A DNA stretch of 64,000 nucleotides from Candidatus Gottesmanbacteria bacterium RIFCSPLOWO2_01_FULL_43_11b (GTDB taxonomy: Bacteria; Patescibacteriota; Microgenomatia; UBA10105; UBA927), in assembly GCA_001780985.1 (NCBI GenBank), contig MFJV01000001.1:300049-364048 (forward strand). Reading direction: 5' to 3'. Positions 61,001 to 64,000 of this stretch are shown here, piece after piece; the stretch's first letter is position 1; each line of letters starts with the position of its first letter. The notes under the pieces were generated by a model, which was given only the letters and a program-made list of their open reading frames with translations, ran no database searches and was not told where the DNA came from. Position numbers and translations under genes: made by a program.

Positions 61001-63986
61001 TCAGTTCGCCGTTCGGACCAATCCAAGGTGTATCTGTCATAAAGCTCGAACTATTTTCTAGTTCGAGCATTATGTTTTGAAAATCAGTTAATACGCTAGT
61101 AAACCCACCTTGCGCTACTCCCCGCGCCGCCTGATCAAGGCCAATTATTACAGCAACTTGCCCCATTCGTATTGTTCTTCCAAAATGGCTATTGCCCAAA
61201 AGTCCACTACCTGTTCTTAAACGAACGTACCACTGGAGCTGTTCACCATCCATCGTCTCTGTTTTTCCTTTTTCAAATGCGGTAACCCAAATTGGATTTT
61301 CCTCAGTTCCATAGTTATATTTCAGATCAGCAATCGATGTTATTTCAATTCCATTCGGATACAAACTATCAATCAAATTAATAAATCCATAAAACCCCCC
61401 TAAATTAACTGAGTCAACGGGTCTTCCCAAAAACCACTCATACCGATAGCGGACATTTGTTAGGGGCGCACGCGGATCAGTTTTATCAACTCCCGGTAAC
61501 GCATTGTTTTCATCTATATCAAGCGTATCAGGATCATCGATAGGCTCTGTCCACGTTGATTCATTTATCCATTTCCCATCGGCCATGATGACTCTCCGAG
61601 GAACAAGCATTAGTGATATTTTTCCGGTCTTAGTATTAATAAACAAAACAATATTCTGATCAGTTCGACTCTTGCTAAAGGGCAACTCATTGCCTTCTGT
61701 CCCCATAGCGCTATAGGGACTATCTGCGCTTCGTGCGTCCATACCGAGAATTAATACGGTAACTATGGGATCCTCAAGCATTTTCCTTTTTTCTTCTTCA
61801 GATGGGTTTGGTTTTCCGTCTTTTGAAACCCTTTGCCAAAAACGATCTCCTTCTTCTGCGGCTAATTCAGTTCGGTGACGCACTGCATAGGAATGTAAAG
61901 GTTTAGAAATAAATGCAATGAATGGATTTTGAGCATTACTCGTCTGGTCAAATTCTTGCACAACTGTTTCTTCATATAAAGACTGTGCAGCAGGGACATC
62001 ATAATTAATTGTTTGTACTATGGCCGTCGGCTCTTTTACTGGCATTTGTGGTGTCGGTGTAAATACAACGTTGAGCCAAATGACGGCGCTCAAGAGGCCG
62101 TAAGCAAAAGTAGGGACGCCTATTGTCAAACCGGTGGCCCATTTAATGACATTGATAAATGTCTTACGATTTACAAATTTTTCACGAATCCCATTAACAA
62201 ACGCCTGCGCCCTGTCTCTTAACGACCTGCTTTGGATTTCTTTTAACTCTATTGTTTCTTCTGGTTGCTGCGTCTCAACAATTGTTAATTCCGTTGCTGC
62301 ACGGGTAATAATGTCTTCTCGAAGAGCAGTTAATTCTGCAGTTCTGGCTTCCGCTTCAAGTCTTCTTTGGATTGCTGCCTGTTCTGCAAGACCTTCTGTT
62401 TCAAAAATTTCCTGCCTGGATAATTGACCAAAAATCTGCAATCCTTGTTCTCGCGTCATGGTGGGAAGCTCGGCAACAATCGTTGCAAAATCTATTTCAT
62501 CTGCTTCTTTGAGCATTGCAGCGACAATTTTTCGACGCTCAATTTCAGCTTTTCTATCAGGATACAAAAGACCACGAAGTTCACTTCGAAGAGATGAAGC
62601 TAAACTATTGAGCGTCATACCAAGGGGCGCAATCTGTTCGTTGGTGAACCCGTGACCCTCAAGCGATCTAAGAATAATTACATTGAGTTCTGTTGTTGAT
62701 GCGCCGCGGATGTAAGCTTGCGGATATGCATTATCTTCTGATGCGTAAAGATCAAGGAGTACTTGGCCATAGCGATTTTTCACGTCTTCACTCAAACTTG
62801 CGAGTGCTTCAGTTCTTTTTTGTAATGCTTCAATAAGTAACAATCTATTGTTAACTAAATCTTTCTGTCTCTGCGCTTCTTGAGCTAGTTCAAGAGCTTC
62901 AGCCTCCTGTTTTTGGGTAAACCAGGTGTCCAAATTCGCAGAAAACTCTTCGAGAGCGTTGTTGGTATTCTCAAGCCGATCAACGCTGCGGACTCTGGAC
63001 AGTAACGATCGCTCGGCGAGCATGGAGTTAAGCGCATTCATGAATGAGGCAGGAGTTCGGGGAATTTGCCCGCCGGACGTACGCACATCAATGCCGTTTG
63101 CAACTAAATCCGCATGTACTTTTGTGAGCGCCTCTGAAACTCCTTGCATACCAGAAATCGCTCCTATCTCCTGCAGACGATCAGTGACACCAGAAAGTAG
63201 CAAAACGATTTGATCTCGCAATCCTCCTCTCGCTTGCGCTTGCTCTGCCCTTCGAGCAAGTTCTTCAGCAGAAGGCTCTGTGGAAACAGGAGCAGCAGGT
63301 GGTTTCGGCTCGCTCGAGGGTTCTGTTGATTCTGCTAGTTTTTTCGCCGTGTTGACAACATCAATTTTCACCTGAATTTCATTAATCAAGTCCTGAATTT
63401 CTTTACCCATGCGGAATGCTTTGAAGGCCGGTAAAACGCCGGATTCCAGCGCGTCCTGAAGAGCTTCGAGGGAGGCGGGGCTCCGGAGACGATTGGCTTT
63501 TTGTTGAATTACAGGTAACACTACTTTTTGAGCAATATCTTGTGCCTGGTCAATCGTTTGAGCGGTAAATCGAATTCTCCCAAGGTTTACACCAGCATTC
63601 CTCACGCTCTCAACCAGAGTTTTAAGTTGTTCGCGCAGTTGAATACCCAGATTTTTCGGCACGGGCGGCGCAATTGGTGGTGGTAGAGCTGGGGGAATGA
63701 TATCACTGCTTTGTTTAGCCTGAACAAGTGCGTTAACTGCTTCCGTTTGCTGCTTAATCTCTTCGGTAGTTGTTAATCCGTTGAGCAGTAAAGGATTTTG
63801 ATAATGCTCTTTGAAGTACAAATTATACTCTCTCAACGCGACCCCATATTTGAAAAATTCAACCATCTTTTCTTTCCATTGTGTATTGTCCAAATCAGTA
63901 TCAGATGGAATAACCCGAAGGGAATTTGCGTGAGCATACGGTCCATTACTCCTTATGAGATTATTGATTTTATTGTTCATCGACAC
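55035..63986 (-). CDS. Giant multidomain membrane protein (2983 aa): coiled-coil N-terminal region, TM helix, LCP (LytR-CpsA-Psr) domain, beta-lactamase-like serine-hydrolase domain, GGDEF domain, degenerate GGDEF domain, class-I methyltransferase-like domain, C-terminal TM bundle
   Basis: Uninterrupted 8.95-kb ORF. TM helix at ~62040-62140. LCP motifs VTVLILGMDARS...SRTDQNIVLFINTKTGKISLMLVPRRVIM...VDSVNLGGFYGFINLIDSL (~61290-61770). HAASTVKIPIA SxxK with ADKIF (KTG-like) (~59790-60600). IDFTNIRGANDVGGQPSNIVGDYL...YIVVRTGGDEFSIL (GGDEF at ~58123-58137). WINDKYGYASGNDFL...IGFWRPSGSDFYIEL (~57525-57570). LNISLIGFDIN...LEHL (~56780-56840). Confidence 0.85.
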   Translation of the reverse strand: MSMNNKINNLIRSNGPYAHANSLRVIPSDTDLDNTQWKEKMVEFFKYGVALREYNLYFKEHYQNPLLLNGLTTTEEIKQQTEAVNALVQAKQSSDIIPPALPPPIAPPVPKNLGIQLREQLKTLVESVRNAGVNLGRIRFTAQTIDQAQDIAQKVVLPVIQQKANRLRSPASLEALQDALESGVLPAFKAFRMGKEIQDLINEIQVKIDVVNTAKKLAESTEPSSEPKPPAAPVSTEPSAEELARRAEQAQARGGLRDQIVLLLSGVTDRLQEIGAISGMQGVSEALTKVHADLVANGIDVRTSGGQIPRTPASFMNALNSMLAERSLLSRVRSVDRLENTNNALEEFSANLDTWFTQKQEAEALELAQEAQRQKDLVNNRLLLIEALQKRTEALASLSEDVKNRYGQVLLDLYASEDNAYPQAYIRGASTTELNVIILRSLEGHGFTNEQIAPLGMTLNSLASSLRSELRGLLYPDRKAEIERRKIVAAMLKEADEIDFATIVAELPTMTREQGLQIFGQLSRQEIFETEGLAEQAAIQRRLEAEARTAELTALREDIITRAATELTIVETQQPEETIELKEIQSRSLRDRAQAFVNGIREKFVNRKTFINVIKWATGLTIGVPTFAYGLLSAVIWLNVVFTPTPQMPVKEPTAIVQTINYDVPAAQSLYEETVVQEFDQTSNAQNPFIAFISKPLHSYAVRHRTELAAEEGDRFWQRVSKDGKPNPSEEEKRKMLEDPIVTVLILGMDARSADSPYSAMGTEGNELPFSKSRTDQNIVLFINTKTGKISLMLVPRRVIMADGKWINESTWTEPIDDPDTLDIDENNALPGVDKTDPRAPLTNVRYRYEWFLGRPVDSVNLGGFYGFINLIDSLYPNGIEITSIADLKYNYGTEENPIWVTAFEKGKTETMDGEQLQWYVRLRTGSGLLGNSHFGRTIRMGQVAVIIGLDQAARGVAQGGFTSVLTDFQNIMLELENSSSFMTDTPWIGPNGELNQGILYEMLVRDQIVKDKRRVGYANELSGLLAHLTAGIQGITFLPVDTKLDVDLPFLKTYSVLLGKGALPTWDGRYRQGEWTYEQKDVEDSVAYYQYVRDIVSTDIYETNLEVENAQEIAEQQAFQSLTATIQDAVSQTDGLVSVYVYELDDNISKTIKINEDIPVHAASTVKIPIAMSVLRWVDNQRMPFEEAMAAIPENSTKNIRELLSAMVVNHDEEATQILTEFVESHQGYTFKDNFSSWGITDISVSPRLVTAKSLGELLELFASDRLGLSDESTNLLWSFMSAPSSIDDAEWTLSGTDLGVDQDAVANMIGNIRSPADKIFVAHDFALVKLPNDKIVVVVVLTSFQSDSEYMSGRPVVSTIGKNVIEYYYPSGQSNSGAVKVQPALIPFTATAQRKVDLWQTRLRLIQAHNADYEKELSLRNQGILPGDTLRPYDAVYEEYFQGPAKSRSLTREFIGFWWKALWELEGVIKAEAANRVRSLFGKKGVDTGSTTAPITNVPDFKTFTIRKKLDNTNTVSEIVINDAAVPLLVLGQTDPLTVDINSPRPDEIVLWHGSKKPLSVRLNYDEELDDDADAGQTLGVGLYTTDDQTQAKLYGRTRGEGEGFVTAVIPYRASLLDARNRVPPALVKAYISWWFGRKPERLEHIKSLTGMTHALYTNHETEYTRLLNSIYNRIESGELTEIDPRYLLGTMYIQGYSYLQWLGSPSNLALTTFMREIGVDGIIETEGGDSAEFGYSDSYVFWNYAKVGTKEDWIERSNTRRYEFSVPLLELQKVGEGWIAPIRQFLGRFFPSLLPPATPQTPQPTGRSPPSVDAMTEKVLENLSIDFDKLSVLPNADQITSFIKRRLIDPGFQKVLPSAILPQDPAITEEVQAQYKNNRSAIPVFRSFVLRYLLGNSYNALTIDFTNIRGANDVGGQPSNIVGDYLIYDVIAAIEKELGEDYIVVRTGGDEFSILTQSLVDDALVSRVQAAANQVKSLYKEGDAIVYRPASVHITREVPDTVDVGLQPVLSAGLLANRLKTYHREMVDIVDSVQGDQGLLQFFSEILFDPVLSNDVDILRIQQNINIEVFHDRTDLLSHLEDENQSGGNFNLLRIEVPGVLKWINDKYGYASGNDFLRYILNRSVPAIADIIGKETHIGFWRPSGSDFYIELPRNIEITDEIIAAIKTAIAGGSGHYTFTGESLPIAPVISVIAKTDLTLKANTTSLEVDPDNEVNLSIAQQQLAQDVWSGTVTALRDFYSQNPTDSDWDFLAHYLSPFERRGMNRLARLGTPLVEELKKNFDNPESLKPLLLQILTDYRPGTSSLETSTESPNYDSDYADVAVSRRPGQSKAGSWGKSELWMVERGKLSALASGDVVAEFGTNKGDFLFDLANPTSRLAVKLPLNISLIGFDINVNSITEAQTRVNREGKDIRFITANVAESATNPLLSTLGDRKITLGFASHTLEHLSETELSAFFHNLDEVLAENGEFIAVVPAEPLKGIFTIGVAKEYLEKKTGKKLQWVRDFRQILSEAQELHKTQFLSSRSYEKYLLGTDLAVDMSRSQFHMTSMGAPAVGVVITKKTQSVSKPSSESIYAFNPRTTEMMLAIGDAIQGTWERVKGLFQKQSRQPNFQVQITQLQAVVERDFADVLAKVNWKEEGVARETVTAIVEEAFTRQYQDRAPPFTEQEKVSIISSVVSKILENHKIKSDFITTLLDNILIPTRAVEFLIGLTMITLELFRYMRLYPVEMNMPYQLPINPAIVREDGLTFSQAQQLSTNPTLAWAVSNIGDMLEVSVGFIALRLLFFAANEVLKKITGKQIPDNVSFWSSLGTIVVIQALHSLGYIAYTVSFLPGTSVYDYSGHPYPDMLFGQGVAALGLIAAHYVAPHIRPMLNKLGVKLGNWMEGISNIELHQKRQAERMLRLQQKLDAWFRGYQKMLEAIFEVNVNGFFYKFLVPAILSVLSIGLVLWGIGYIEPPILIRTFLQLEWIESLTGSGQ

Positions 63987-64000
63987 TACTCCTCTATTAT

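Noticed and set aside
55834-63213. Plus-strand ORFs of 60-110 aa antisense to the second giant gene (e.g. 59419..59745, 59980..60306, 62134..62427)
   Set aside because: They are embedded in the uninterrupted 2983-aa minus-strand ORF that has LCP, GGDEF and other motifs. Judged spurious.

Overview
The window looks like a Candidate-Phyla-Radiation (Patescibacteria)-like bacterial locus read in the standard code, with many 4-nt ATGA start/stop overlaps. This taxonomic call is an inference from the sequence. A giant gene sits at each end. Gene 960..10658 (+, 3232 aa) encodes a membrane-anchored surface protein with a ~200-triplet collagen-like Gly-X-Y region, two LamG/ConA-like domains, tail-fibre-like repeat modules, and an N-terminus made of integrase-type SAM-like core-binding repeats. 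Gene 55035..63986 (-, 2983 aa) encodes a protein with a long coiled-coil N-terminal region, one TM helix, an LCP (LytR-CpsA-Psr) domain, a beta-lactamase-like serine-hydrolase domain, a canonical GGDEF domain followed by a degenerate one, a class-I methyltransferase-like domain and C-terminal TM helices. Between them, from about 17.9 kb to 55 kb, lies a very large glycosylation island. It contains a sugar-nucleotide module (DegT aminotransferase, Gfo/Idh/MocA oxidoreductase, two SDR epimerase/reductases, two LbH acetyltransferases). It also has five DPM1/ArnC-like GT2 genes, one GT-B (GT1/4) gene and three SAM methyltransferases. Sixteen large polytopic GT-C-like membrane proteins fall into at least two paralogous families, one of which carries a C-terminal NPCBM carbohydrate-binding domain. 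Smaller elements are three tandem type-IV-pilin-like genes, two four-helix-bundle (TIGR02436 23S-IVS / Avd-like) genes each next to a LamG protein, two tandem AbiE type IV toxin-antitoxin pairs, and a HicB-HicA pair. Inverted (TTACAAC)n/(GTTGTAA)n heptamer arrays flank the first four-helix-bundle gene, and a further GTTGT array lies directly upstream of a pilin start codon. The second LamG gene has a single-G frameshift and a promoterless, diverged duplicate of its 3' end just downstream. An A7+(TTGTCAT)4 tract inside a membrane-protein gene is a possible phase-variation site. A strong sigma70-like orphan promoter precedes a small Cys-containing ORF. No rRNA, tRNA, CRISPR array, transposase or reverse transcriptase was found.
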